Part shown: positions 40,695 through 49,682 of the stretch, one piece after another
How positions within the stretch are numbered: the first letter of the stretch is position 1
How the letters are laid out: each line of letters starts with the position of its first letter
From: an uncultured Oscillospiraceae bacterium
Lineage (GTDB): Bacteria; Bacillota; Clostridia; UMGS1883
Direction: 5' to 3'
Length of the DNA stretch: 58,057 nt
NCBI GenBank assembly: GCA_964385605.1
Contig: CAYLPQ010000005.1
Span: 1 to 58,057 of the forward strand
Notes under the pieces: model-generated
The model's input: the letters and a program-made list of their open reading frames with translations, nothing else
Databases searched by the model: none
What the model was told of the DNA's origin: nothing
Program-made: the position numbers and the translations under genes

Positions 40695-41272
40695 AAATTA
40701 TTGCCGCTACAAAAAACAAGAATAAACTCCGTGAATTCGGAGAAATATTAAAGGACTTTGAGATTATTAGTCAGGAAGAAGCCGGCATAGATATAGACGT
40801 AGAGGAAACCGGCACAACATTTGAGGAAAATTCTCTCCTTAAAGCACAGGAAATCTATGAAAAGTCGGGCATACCTGCCATCGCAGACGACAGCGGACTT
40901 TGTGTGGATGCTCTCGGAGGTGAGCCGGGTGTATACAGTGCCCGTTACGGTGGTGAAGGACTTGATGATACGGGAAGAGTAGAGCTTCTTTTAAGGAATA
41001 TGAAAGATGTTCCCGACGAAAAGAGAACAGCCCGTTTCATATGTGCCATAACTATGGTAAGTGACGGCGGTATTGTTACCGCCCGTGGTGAGTGCGAGGG
41101 CACAATAAATTATGCACCTGTCGGAGAAAACGGCTTTGGCTATGACCCTGTATTTTATATGAAGGAATATGACAAAACTACAGCACAGATGTCCCCCGAT
41201 GAAAAAAATGCAGTCAGTCACAGAGGTAAAGCACTTCGTGAATTTGCAAAAATAATAGCGGAGCGGAAATAA
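40691..41272 (+). CDS. rdgB: Non-canonical purine NTP pyrophosphatase (XTP/dITP diphosphatase, RdgB/HAM1)
   Basis: IIAATKNKNKLREF, ADDSGLCVDALGGEPGVYSARY and GFGYDPVF blocks. Confidence 0.9.
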   Translation: MKIIAATKNKNKLREFGEILKDFEIISQEEAGIDIDVEETGTTFEENSLLKAQEIYEKSGIPAIADDSGLCVDALGGEPGVYSARYGGEGLDDTGRVELLLRNMKDVPDEKRTARFICAITMVSDGGIVTARGECEGTINYAPVGENGFGYDPVFYMKEYDKTTAQMSPDEKNAVSHRGKALREFAKIIAERK

Positions 41273-41299
41273 ATCCGCCCCGCAGTTAGTTAGAAGAGG

Positions 41300-41422
41300 T
41301 TAGCAGGATGTGCAGCCACAGCCGTTGTTGCTGTTGTTACCGCAAGCACAGTTGAGCAAAAGAACGATGATGATTACCCAAATTATCCATTCGCAACCAC
41401 AGTTGTTATTACCAAAGAACAT
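41300..41422 (-). CDS. Tiny (40 aa) Cys/Gly/Asn-rich single-TM peptide
   Basis: MFFGNNNCGCEWIIWVIIIVLLLNCACGNNSNNGCGCTSC, with an AAAGGAG RBS 8 nt upstream of the ATG at 41422. The track ORF (41300..41506) is longer but lacks an RBS. Resembles tiny sporulation-associated TM peptides (YjcZ-like) only in general style. Confidence 0.55.
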   Translation of the reverse strand: MFFGNNNCGCEWIIWVIIIVLLLNCACGNNSNNGCGCTSC

Positions 41423-41616
41423 AATGAGAGCTCCTTTCGGAAATTTAGTATATATTAAGTAGGTTCTGCACTGTTTGTGCGCCCTACAGTAATATACTAT
41501 GAACAATGTCGAAAATTTGTTTCAGTTTTTTTGGATTATTTAATAAAAAATGAGAAATAATAGGCATATCAAAAGCATAGATTCCTATGCATGCCAAAAA
41601 AGAAAGGAACTTGACT

Positions 41617-41925
41617 ATGAAAAAACTTATTTGCGTGCTTGCTGTATTGACCCTTATATTTACAGCTTGCGGAAACAACGGAGAAAATAATACTGCAGAA
41701 AACGGCATTATTGAAGATGGTGACGGAATTATTGATGAAAACCATGACGACAATATGAAAGACAACGAAACTGCAGGTCGGGACGTTATGGATGATGCTG
41801 CCCACGGTGCTGATGACCTTGTAGACGGTGCCGCAGATGCAACAAAGGATGCAGTTGACGGTGTGGAAAATGCAGTGGATAATGTAACCGGCAATGAGAA
41901 TGATAATACAGGAAATAATAAGTAA
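41617..41925 (+). CDS. Small acidic lipoprotein
   Basis: MKKLICVLAVLTLIFTACG has a signal peptide with a lipobox (FTAC). The rest is a low-complexity Asp/Asn/Gly/Ala-rich region. Start trimmed to 41617. Confidence 0.7.
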   Translation: MKKLICVLAVLTLIFTACGNNGENNTAENGIIEDGDGIIDENHDDNMKDNETAGRDVMDDAAHGADDLVDGAADATKDAVDGVENAVDNVTGNENDNTGNNK

Positions 41926-41990
41926 AAAAAGGGTGTAGAAAGCTCAACTTTTTACACCCTGATAGCGGGGATAGGAAAAAATGATTCAGA

Positions 41991-42067
41991 ACGGACAAAC
42001 TGAACCAAGCGAAGCTTGGGTTACCCGAAGCTGTATGTGTATACAGCGAGAGGCGAAGTTTGTTCGT
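41991..42067. other. Candidate structured element (three-way junction: closing stem plus two hairpins)
   Basis: ACGGACAAAC(T) at 41991-42001 pairs with (A)GTTTGTTCGT at 42057-42067. Inside it are CCAAGC-gaa-GCTTGG (42005-42019) and GCTGTAT-gtgt-ATACAGC (42030-42047). It lies in a 306-nt non-coding gap. Confidence 0.25.
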
Positions 42068-42231
42068 AGCAAAAAGGCTCAAAAACATAGGGAAATCGAA
42101 TGAAATGAGATTTTCCAACAAAAACATAACATTCTACAGTTTTTGTGCTTATTATATTCAGTATATTTGTCGCCTTTTTGCGGTCTGGAATTTTTTACAT
42201 CCCCATACATAATAGTGAAAGGAAGAAAACA

Positions 42232-43485
42232 ATGCTAAAAAAAGAGCTTAAGCAGGGGATTAATCTTTATATGATAAAGGACCTGAAATTCAAGGTGCAG
42301 CGCGCATGCGTACTTATACACAGACCTCTTTCGAAAGACGAGGTTACACTTAATACACTTCTTGCGGCAACAATAAGAATGCAAAGCAGGAATTACCCTA
42401 CTTTCAGCGAAATATCGGAGGAGCTTGAAAACCTTTACGGAGCCGACCTTATTGCAAGAGCAGGCAAGTACGGCGAAAGACAGATTATAAAAATCGGTAT
42501 ACAGTCCGTGTCTGACTATGCTTTGGGAAAACAGGGGAACTTTAAAAAGGCGATGGAGCTTCTTTACGATATAGCTTTTTGTGCCGGAACTGGAGAAGGT
42601 TTTTCAGAGAACGTAGTCGCAATTGAAAAAAAGAATATCCGTGACGCGATTCTCGCGCAGAAAAATGACAAGCGCAGCTACAGTGTGTTAAGGCTTCAGG
42701 AGGAAATGTGTAAAAATGAGCCCTATGGAATTAATCCCATGGGATATACAGAGGACCTTGAAAAGATTACCACAGATGCCCTTTATTCTCATTATAAAAA
42801 AATTCTCGGAGAAAGCAGAATTGACATAATTTTTTCAGGCAATTTTTCAGAGGATGAAGCACAGAAAACTGCGGAGATTTTTGCCAATCAGCTTGAAGCG
42901 AGAGAGGGCATAAGCATAAAAGAAAAGCTTCCCGCTGTAAACGGGGAAGTCAGAAGTGTGACTGACAAAATGGATGTTACCCAGGGTAAGCTTTGCATGG
43001 GCTTCAGATGCGGGGAAAATACCTCAAAAGAAAATTATCCTGCAACAATTGTTTACAACTCAATTTTTGGCGGAAGCGCAGTGAGCAAGCTTTTTAATAA
43101 TGTCCGTGAAAAGCTCAGTCTCTGCTACTATGTGGGAAGCAGTATTGACCGCCTTAAAGAAATTATGATTGTAAGAAGCGGAGTAGAGTTTGAAAACTTC
43201 GGTAAAGCATATGACGAGATTATGGCACAGCAGGCTCTGATGGAGAATGGTGAATTTACGGAAGAAGAAATAACAAACGCAAAAAAACAGCTTATTACAG
43301 CATATGAATCCAATCTTGACAGTGTAGGTGCCATGGCAGAGTATTACACAATGCAGATACTTCTGGAAACGGATGTGTCTATTGAAGAAATGACACAAAA
43401 AATAGAGAAAGTAACCAGTGAAGAAATTGTAGCTGTTGCAAAAAATATGAAGCTTGACACTGTGTATTATATTGATAAGGAGTGA
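42232..43485 (+). CDS. M16-family peptidase-like protein, non-catalytic partner (no HxxEH)
   Basis: Insulinase-fold length and blocks, but no zinc motif. Paired with the downstream catalytic M16 gene. Start trimmed to MLKKELKQG, which has a GGAAG RBS. Confidence 0.8.
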   Translation: MLKKELKQGINLYMIKDLKFKVQRACVLIHRPLSKDEVTLNTLLAATIRMQSRNYPTFSEISEELENLYGADLIARAGKYGERQIIKIGIQSVSDYALGKQGNFKKAMELLYDIAFCAGTGEGFSENVVAIEKKNIRDAILAQKNDKRSYSVLRLQEEMCKNEPYGINPMGYTEDLEKITTDALYSHYKKILGESRIDIIFSGNFSEDEAQKTAEIFANQLEAREGISIKEKLPAVNGEVRSVTDKMDVTQGKLCMGFRCGENTSKENYPATIVYNSIFGGSAVSKLFNNVREKLSLCYYVGSSIDRLKEIMIVRSGVEFENFGKAYDEIMAQQALMENGEFTEEEITNAKKQLITAYESNLDSVGAMAEYYTMQILLETDVSIEEMTQKIEKVTSEEIVAVAKNMKLDTVYYIDKE

Positions 43486-43489
43486 TAAT

Positions 43490-44788
43490 ATGAATTTCAC
43501 AAAAACACATTATGACACTCTTAACGAAACAGTTTATTCTGCTGTTCATAAAAGCGGGCTTAAGGTTATACTTATAAAAAAACCGGGCTTTAAAAAGAGC
43601 TATGCTACTTTCAGCACAAAGTACGGTTCGATAAATACTGAATTTGTTGTTCCCGGAGAGACCGAAACCACAAAGGTTATTGACGGTATTGCGCATTTTC
43701 TTGAACACAAGGTTTTTGAGCAGCCTGACGGAAGCAATGCATTCAACGATTTTTCAAAGTACGGTGCATCTGCAAATGCTTTTACAAGCTTTGGTGTAAC
43801 TAACTATCTTTACAGCTGTACTGACAATTTTTACGAAAATCTTGAAATTCTCCTCAATTTTGTGCAGACTCCTTATTTTACAGAGGAAAATGTAGAAAAG
43901 GAAAAAGGAATTATTGCTCAGGAAATAAGAATGTATGAGGATGATGCTGAACAGACCTGTATGTACAATTGCCTTGAAGCAATGTATGAAAAGCACCCCG
44001 TACGTGTTAATATAGCAGGAACGGTTGAAGAAATAATGAAAACCACACCTGAACTTCTGTATAAGTGCTATAATACATTCTATCATCCGTCAAATATGGC
44101 ACTTATCTGTGTTGGCGACCTTGACGAGAATAAAATTTTCGAGTATGTTGAAAAATGTATAAAAACAGAGGAGCCACACGGAAAAATAACACAGGTTTTT
44201 CCGGACGAGAACAAAAATGCGTATAAGAGGCGGATTGAAGCACGGTTTGATATTCCCGTGCCGATGTTTATGGTAGGCTTCAAAGACCCGGCGACAGGCG
44301 GTACAAGCGACGAAATGCTGAAAAGGGAAACTCTTACCAATTGTATTCTTAAGGTGTTGTTTGGAAGGAGCAGTGCTTTTTATAAAAAGCTTTACGATAG
44401 AGGCATAATCAACAAAACCTTCTCTGCTTTTTATGAGTACGAGGACAGTTGCGGATATGCGGCATTTTTCGGTGAATCTGAAAAAACAGATGAGATAGAA
44501 AAAGAAATCTTCAGCACTGTAGAAAAAGCAAAGCAAGACGGACTTGACCCTGACAGCTTTGAAAGAGCGAAAAAAGTTCTCTGCGGTCAGTTTATGTCAG
44601 TGCTTGACAACGTTGAAAACCTTGGAAACGAGTATATGTTCGCATATCACAGAGGCATAAATCTTCTGGATTATGCGAAAATATGCGACGGAATTACACT
44701 TGATATGGCGCAGGAGCGTATAAAAGAATTATTCAGTGAGGAGCAGTGCAGTACTTCTATAGTGCTGCCAAAGAAAAACAATGGTTAA
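43490..44788 (+). CDS. M16-family zinc metallopeptidase (insulinase-like, catalytic)
   Basis: Zinc motif HFLEH (GIAHFLEHKVFE). Start trimmed to MNFTKTHYD, which has a AAGGAG RBS. Confidence 0.85.
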   Translation: MNFTKTHYDTLNETVYSAVHKSGLKVILIKKPGFKKSYATFSTKYGSINTEFVVPGETETTKVIDGIAHFLEHKVFEQPDGSNAFNDFSKYGASANAFTSFGVTNYLYSCTDNFYENLEILLNFVQTPYFTEENVEKEKGIIAQEIRMYEDDAEQTCMYNCLEAMYEKHPVRVNIAGTVEEIMKTTPELLYKCYNTFYHPSNMALICVGDLDENKIFEYVEKCIKTEEPHGKITQVFPDENKNAYKRRIEARFDIPVPMFMVGFKDPATGGTSDEMLKRETLTNCILKVLFGRSSAFYKKLYDRGIINKTFSAFYEYEDSCGYAAFFGESEKTDEIEKEIFSTVEKAKQDGLDPDSFERAKKVLCGQFMSVLDNVENLGNEYMFAYHRGINLLDYAKICDGITLDMAQERIKELFSEEQCSTSIVLPKKNNG

Positions 44789-45566
44789 CAACATTTCATT
44801 CCCCGCACTGGGGTTAAGCTTCGACATAAATCAGGTTGCGATTGATATTCCGTTCCTGGGCGGAATCCGCTGGTACGGGATATTAATCGGGATGAGCATA
44901 CTGCTTGCAGTGTTTTATTGCGGGAACCTTGCAAAAAAGGAAGGGGAAAGTTTCGAACTTGTTACCGACCTTGTTTTGTGGGCGCTTCCGGTATCAATAA
45001 TATTTGCCCGTACATATTATGTGGTTTTTTCGTGGGACAGCTATAAGGATAATATTGCTGATGTCTTTAAAATCTGGGAAGGCGGCATTGCTATTTACGG
45101 CGGAATAATCGGGGCAGTGCTGACTGCATATATCTTCTTCAGAATAAAGAAGGTAAATATACTTAAAATGTTTGACATATGCTGTCTGGGACTCATCATC
45201 GGACAGGCTATAGGCAGATGGGGCAATTTTGTCAATGCGGAGGCTTTTGGTTACGAATGTAACTATTTCTGGGGAATGAGCATAAACGGGGCAGCTCCCG
45301 TTCATCCTACCTTTTTGTATGAGTCACTGTGGAATACCGCAGGATTTTTCCTTCTTGCTTTTCTCAACAAAAGAAGACCGTTTTATGGATTTACATTTTG
45401 TATGTATCTCACATGGTATGGAGTCGGAAGACTTTTTATTGAAGGAATGAGAGCAGACAGTCTTTATTTTATGGGTATGCGTATTTCTCAAATTGTGGCA
45501 TCGTTCTGTATTGTTTTGGGAATGTTAGGAAATTATTTCCTTTTTAAAAAGCGATTACGTAAATAA
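44781..45566 (+). CDS. lgt: Prolipoprotein diacylglyceryl transferase
   Basis: IRWYGILIGMSILLAV, GGIAIYGGIIG and GRWGNFVNAEAFG blocks. Confidence 0.9.
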   Translation: MVNNISFPALGLSFDINQVAIDIPFLGGIRWYGILIGMSILLAVFYCGNLAKKEGESFELVTDLVLWALPVSIIFARTYYVVFSWDSYKDNIADVFKIWEGGIAIYGGIIGAVLTAYIFFRIKKVNILKMFDICCLGLIIGQAIGRWGNFVNAEAFGYECNYFWGMSINGAAPVHPTFLYESLWNTAGFFLLAFLNKRRPFYGFTFCMYLTWYGVGRLFIEGMRADSLYFMGMRISQIVASFCIVLGMLGNYFLFKKRLRK

Positions 45567-45611
45567 TTTGGTTATTTTCCACAATTTAACCTAATTGTAA
45601 AGAAGAAAGTA

Positions 45612-45640
45612 TTGACTTATTTCATAAAACAATGTAAAAT
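45612..45640 (+). promoter_or_regulatory. Putative promoter of the SLH-protein gene
   Basis: TTGACT, a 17-nt spacer, then TAAAAT, about 45 nt upstream of the ATG at 45686. Confidence 0.55.
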
Positions 45641-45685
45641 ACAATAGCGGGTAGAGTCCGCATTTTTATGCAAAGGAGAGATATT

Positions 45686-48514
45686 ATGAAACATTTAAGA
45701 ACTATTATCACTATCTTGCTTGTCCTTGCAATGGTTCTTTCATCTGTTGGTGTTTTTGCCGCAGAAGAAACAGTAAGCAGTTCAAGAACATTTAGCGACA
45801 TTACTCCCGGCACGAAGGTTGCCGATGCAGTTACCAAACTTGTTGGTTATGGAGTAATCAACGGCTATGAGGACGGTACTTTCAAGCCGGATAACACTAT
45901 TACAAGAGCAGAGTTTGCTGCTGTTATTACTCGTTTTAAGGGTATAGGAAATAATCTTGCTGCAGATGCGGTGACAGGGTTTGCGGACCTTGACGGAGAT
46001 GCATCAAGAGCTTGGGCGCGTCCTTATGTAAAAGCTGCTGTTGATGCAGGTATTATCAACGGCTTTGAAGACGGTACTTTCAGAGCTGCAGAGCCTGTAA
46101 CATACGAGCAGGCAGTTAAGATGATAGTCTGTGCAATCAATTATGAACCCATAGCTATCAGCGAATATAACAGACTTCTTGCTTTGGATGCAACAAATGT
46201 AACATGGTCTTCAGGCTATATTGCAACTGCGCAGAAGAACTCAATTACTTTAAATGCAGTTACAGCGAATATTACAGAGCCCGCTACAAGAGGTACCGTT
46301 GCAATACTTACAAGTAATGCATACGAGGTTCCCGAGCTTGAGGCAATCACAGATGATAATGGTAACACCTCATACGCACAGGGCGGTGGATCCGTTGGTG
46401 GAGGTCAGTATAATTCCCAGGAAAAGATACAGGGTACTGTAATTGCAAACTATTATACATCTCTTGAGGATTCAGATTCAAAACTTGAAGAAAACGAAAT
46501 TAAAATCAGAGAAAGCGGCGAAGAGAATATCTATGAATTGTCTTCTGACCTTATGAATTCTGTAGACGTAATGGATCTTCTCGGTAAGAGGGTAGTAGCT
46601 TATTACGCAAATGATGTATATGCTCTCGTATCAATTGAGGCCAGAAATGATGAGATTACAGAAATAGAGGAATCCCAGGTAGTTCGTCCTATAAGAAACG
46701 GCAAAATAACTTATGAAGACGAAAATAACGACAGAGAAACAATAAACGTAAACGATTATACTATTATCTATAACGGTAAATCGGATTATATTGAATACAT
46801 TGATGAGATTGATGAAATCTTCAATAACGGTTACATTGAAGTTAATGCTACAACAGAGGTCGTAAAGGTTACATCATATGACGTGTTTGTTGTAAACCGC
46901 TATTCAAAGAATGACGGAAACGGTAAGATTTACTTTAAGTACAACAAAGAATACAATGGTAATGATTACTACGAATTTCCTGCAGGAAGTACAAGCTTTA
47001 AGCCTGACATTTATGTGAACGGCACTGAAAAGTCATTTGACTCACTTTCGCTTTCTGCATATAACGTAGTTAACTATCTGGAGTCACCCGATGTGGATGG
47101 TCCCAAACTCAGAAAAATGTATGTAACAACCGGTGCAAAGTCGGGCAAGGTTACTTCTGTTATCGAAGATGACAGACTGGTTGAACTGAATAACCAGGAA
47201 TATTATCTTACAAATGACTATTATAACTATTTGCCTAATGACGGTGATGATAAGAAGGCCACCTTTGAAATGGGAGACAACTATTCATATTATCTTGATT
47301 ATACCGGTCAGATTGCGGCAATTAACTATAGCTCATCTTCACAGGGCACATATGAATATGGTTATGTTCTCGGTGCCGACGAAAGTCAGATTAATCTTGT
47401 GAGAAAGACCGGTACACAGATATTGAATCTGAAGAGTAAGGTAAAGTTTGATGGTGTCAGCATTAGTGCTGATAAGGTAGAAGATAAGCTTATTGCTGTT
47501 GCAAGAGAAGAACTTTCAGACAGCGAAAAACAAGAAAGCTATTATCAGCCTATCAAGTTCTCTCTTTCCGGCGGTGAAGTTAGTGTCATCGATACAGTAG
47601 CAACTGATGAAGCAGGAAGCAATGATACTTTTAAATACGACGAGCTTTATGCAGGTGAAAGAGTTAAACCCGGAACAAGTTCTGTTACTGTGAACGGAAC
47701 ATTGTATTCGTTTACAAGTTCAACTGTTGTCCTCTATGTTCCCGAAAACAGGGCTGCAGAAGGACAGTATGAAGTAATGACTCCCAGTAAGGCATTCAAT
47801 GTTACAGCAAATAGAGAAATTGAAATATTTGATTCTGATACAAGTGGACGTGTAAATACTGCAGGTCTTGTGCTCGTATACGGAAGCAAGAATCCCGCGT
47901 ATACCTTCACAGGTTCATCGCCTTACATTGTGGTTACAAAAGTAAATACAAGTACCCGCACTATTGAAGGCTATAAGTCCGGTGACACAGAAACTTCGAA
48001 AGTTAAGGTTTCAGAGGACAGATTCTTTACAGAAGATGAAGAGGATGAAAAATTAGCACTTGTTTCGCTTAACAGAGTTGAAGAGGGTGACCTTATCCGT
48101 GTCCTTGAGAATAGCGGAGAAGTCATTGCAATAGAGATGATTTACGATGCAAGCGAAGGTGAAGACAGCCTCAACACAAATTCCGGTTATGTTGACGATG
48201 ATGGACTTGAATTTGCAACAGTGGGTTCAAATAAACTTTATGTTTATTATGCAGAAGCATTCCAGAAGTATGTGAATGAAAACAAGATTATGGTTACCAC
48301 AGAATTCGGAGGTACAGACGAGGATAAGCTCGCAAACACAGAAACAGTTTCTGTGAATTCTTCAACAGTGTACTATAGCTTTGACGGCGATGATATAATT
48401 TCAGGAGATAGCTTGGATTCTATAGATGCTGAATCAGGTAATTCAGATAAGGTCATTTATATAAGACAGGGATCAACAACTTCTGCTGCGAAGATATTCT
48501 ATATACTTGATTAA
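45686..48514 (+). CDS. Large secreted cell-wall protein with N-terminal SLH domains (S-layer or S-layer-associated)
   Basis: Signal peptide MKHLRTIITILLVLAMVLSSVGVFA, followed by SLH repeats (FSDITPGTKVADAVTKLVGYGVINGYEDGTFKPDNTITRAEFAAVI; FADLDGDASRAWARPYVKAAVDAGIINGFEDGTFRAAEPVTYEQAVKMI). The remaining roughly 750 aa are unassigned. Confidence 0.85.
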   Translation: MKHLRTIITILLVLAMVLSSVGVFAAEETVSSSRTFSDITPGTKVADAVTKLVGYGVINGYEDGTFKPDNTITRAEFAAVITRFKGIGNNLAADAVTGFADLDGDASRAWARPYVKAAVDAGIINGFEDGTFRAAEPVTYEQAVKMIVCAINYEPIAISEYNRLLALDATNVTWSSGYIATAQKNSITLNAVTANITEPATRGTVAILTSNAYEVPELEAITDDNGNTSYAQGGGSVGGGQYNSQEKIQGTVIANYYTSLEDSDSKLEENEIKIRESGEENIYELSSDLMNSVDVMDLLGKRVVAYYANDVYALVSIEARNDEITEIEESQVVRPIRNGKITYEDENNDRETINVNDYTIIYNGKSDYIEYIDEIDEIFNNGYIEVNATTEVVKVTSYDVFVVNRYSKNDGNGKIYFKYNKEYNGNDYYEFPAGSTSFKPDIYVNGTEKSFDSLSLSAYNVVNYLESPDVDGPKLRKMYVTTGAKSGKVTSVIEDDRLVELNNQEYYLTNDYYNYLPNDGDDKKATFEMGDNYSYYLDYTGQIAAINYSSSSQGTYEYGYVLGADESQINLVRKTGTQILNLKSKVKFDGVSISADKVEDKLIAVAREELSDSEKQESYYQPIKFSLSGGEVSVIDTVATDEAGSNDTFKYDELYAGERVKPGTSSVTVNGTLYSFTSSTVVLYVPENRAAEGQYEVMTPSKAFNVTANREIEIFDSDTSGRVNTAGLVLVYGSKNPAYTFTGSSPYIVVTKVNTSTRTIEGYKSGDTETSKVKVSEDRFFTEDEEDEKLALVSLNRVEEGDLIRVLENSGEVIAIEMIYDASEGEDSLNTNSGYVDDDGLEFATVGSNKLYVYYAEAFQKYVNENKIMVTTEFGGTDEDKLANTETVSVNSSTVYYSFDGDDIISGDSLDSIDAESGNSDKVIYIRQGSTTSAAKIFYILD

Positions 48515-48529
48515 ATATTGAGTTTTCTG

Positions 48530-48564
48530 ACAAACGGTTGGCAAAGCCAACCGTTTGTTTTTTT
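48530..48564 (+). terminator. Rho-independent terminator after the SLH-protein gene
   Basis: ACAAACGGTTGGC-aaa-GCCAACCGTTTGT followed by TTTTTT. Confidence 0.85.
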
Positions 48565-48635
48565 CCAAATTTACTCTTTACCCAAAATCTCTTTTATGGT
48601 AGAATAAATATATTGAAACTTAAAGGGTGAGAAAA

Positions 48636-49682
48636 ATGAAAAGACGCAAATCAAGAGAAATAACTGTTGGAAATGTAAAAATAGGCGGTGGTGCCGGAAT
48701 TTCGGTGCAATCCATGTGTAATACAGACACAAAAGATGTAGCGGCAACTGTCAGTCAGATCAATGAGCTTCAGGCAGCGGGCTGTGATATTGTCCGCCTT
48801 GCTGTGCTTGATATGGATGCTGCAAAAGCTTTTGGTGAAATCAAAAAGCAGGTGTCAGTTCCTTTGGTTGCTGATATTCATTTTGATTATCGGCTCGCAA
48901 TTGAATGTGCAAAAGGCGGAGCCGATAAAATCCGTATTAATCCCGGCAATATCGGCTTGCCCGACAGAGTAAAAGCAGTTGCAGATGAGTGCGGAAACCG
49001 TAATATTCCTATAAGAATAGGAGTAAATGGCGGTTCTCTTGAAAAAGAGCTTCTTCAGAAATACGGCTCACCTACCGCTGATGCTCTTTGTGAAAGTGCT
49101 CTCGGACATATAAAAATGCTTGAAGATTGTGGGTTTTACGATATTGCTCTTTCTCTTAAATCCAGTAATATACAGACAATGTTTGAAGCTTACGGCAAAA
49201 TTGCAGATATGATTGACTACCCTTTGCACATTGGAGTTACAGAAGCCGGTACTGAATATGGCGGAATTGTTAAGAACAGCATTGGCATAGGTGCGCTTCT
49301 CCTTAACGGTATAGGCGATACTCTGCGCGTGTCACTTACTGCGCCGCCTGTCAGAGAGGTAACAGCAGGAATAGAAATACTGAAATCACTGGGGATGAGA
49401 GACGGCGCAAAGCTTGTAAGCTGTCCTACCTGCGGAAGATGCAGAGTGGATATGATTCCCGTTGCGGATGAAGTGAACAGGCGACTTGCGTCTGTTGACA
49501 AAAACATTACCGTTGCAGTAATGGGCTGTGCGGTAAACGGACCTGGAGAAGCCAGAGAAGCTGATATAGGTATGGCTTGCGGAATCGGGGAGGCACTTCT
49601 TTTCAAAAAAGGAGAAAAGCTTCGCAAGGTTCCCATTGAAAATGCTACAGATGAATTATTCAGAGAAATAGAGGATATATGA
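48636..49682 (+). CDS. ispG: 4-hydroxy-3-methylbut-2-enyl diphosphate synthase (MEP pathway)
   Basis: REITVGNVKIGGGAGISVQSMCNTDT, the C-terminal Cys cluster CPTCGRC, and GCAVNGPGEA. Confidence 0.95.
   Translation: MKRRKSREITVGNVKIGGGAGISVQSMCNTDTKDVAATVSQINELQAAGCDIVRLAVLDMDAAKAFGEIKKQVSVPLVADIHFDYRLAIECAKGGADKIRINPGNIGLPDRVKAVADECGNRNIPIRIGVNGGSLEKELLQKYGSPTADALCESALGHIKMLEDCGFYDIALSLKSSNIQTMFEAYGKIADMIDYPLHIGVTEAGTEYGGIVKNSIGIGALLLNGIGDTLRVSLTAPPVREVTAGIEILKSLGMRDGAKLVSCPTCGRCRVDMIPVADEVNRRLASVDKNITVAVMGCAVNGPGEAREADIGMACGIGEALLFKKGEKLRKVPIENATDELFREIEDI

Noticed and set aside
41484-41894. 136-aa minus-strand ORF
   Set aside because: It is antisense to the small lipoprotein gene, and its low-complexity Ser/Ala/Pro-rich translation mirrors the Asp/Asn/Gly-rich sense frame.
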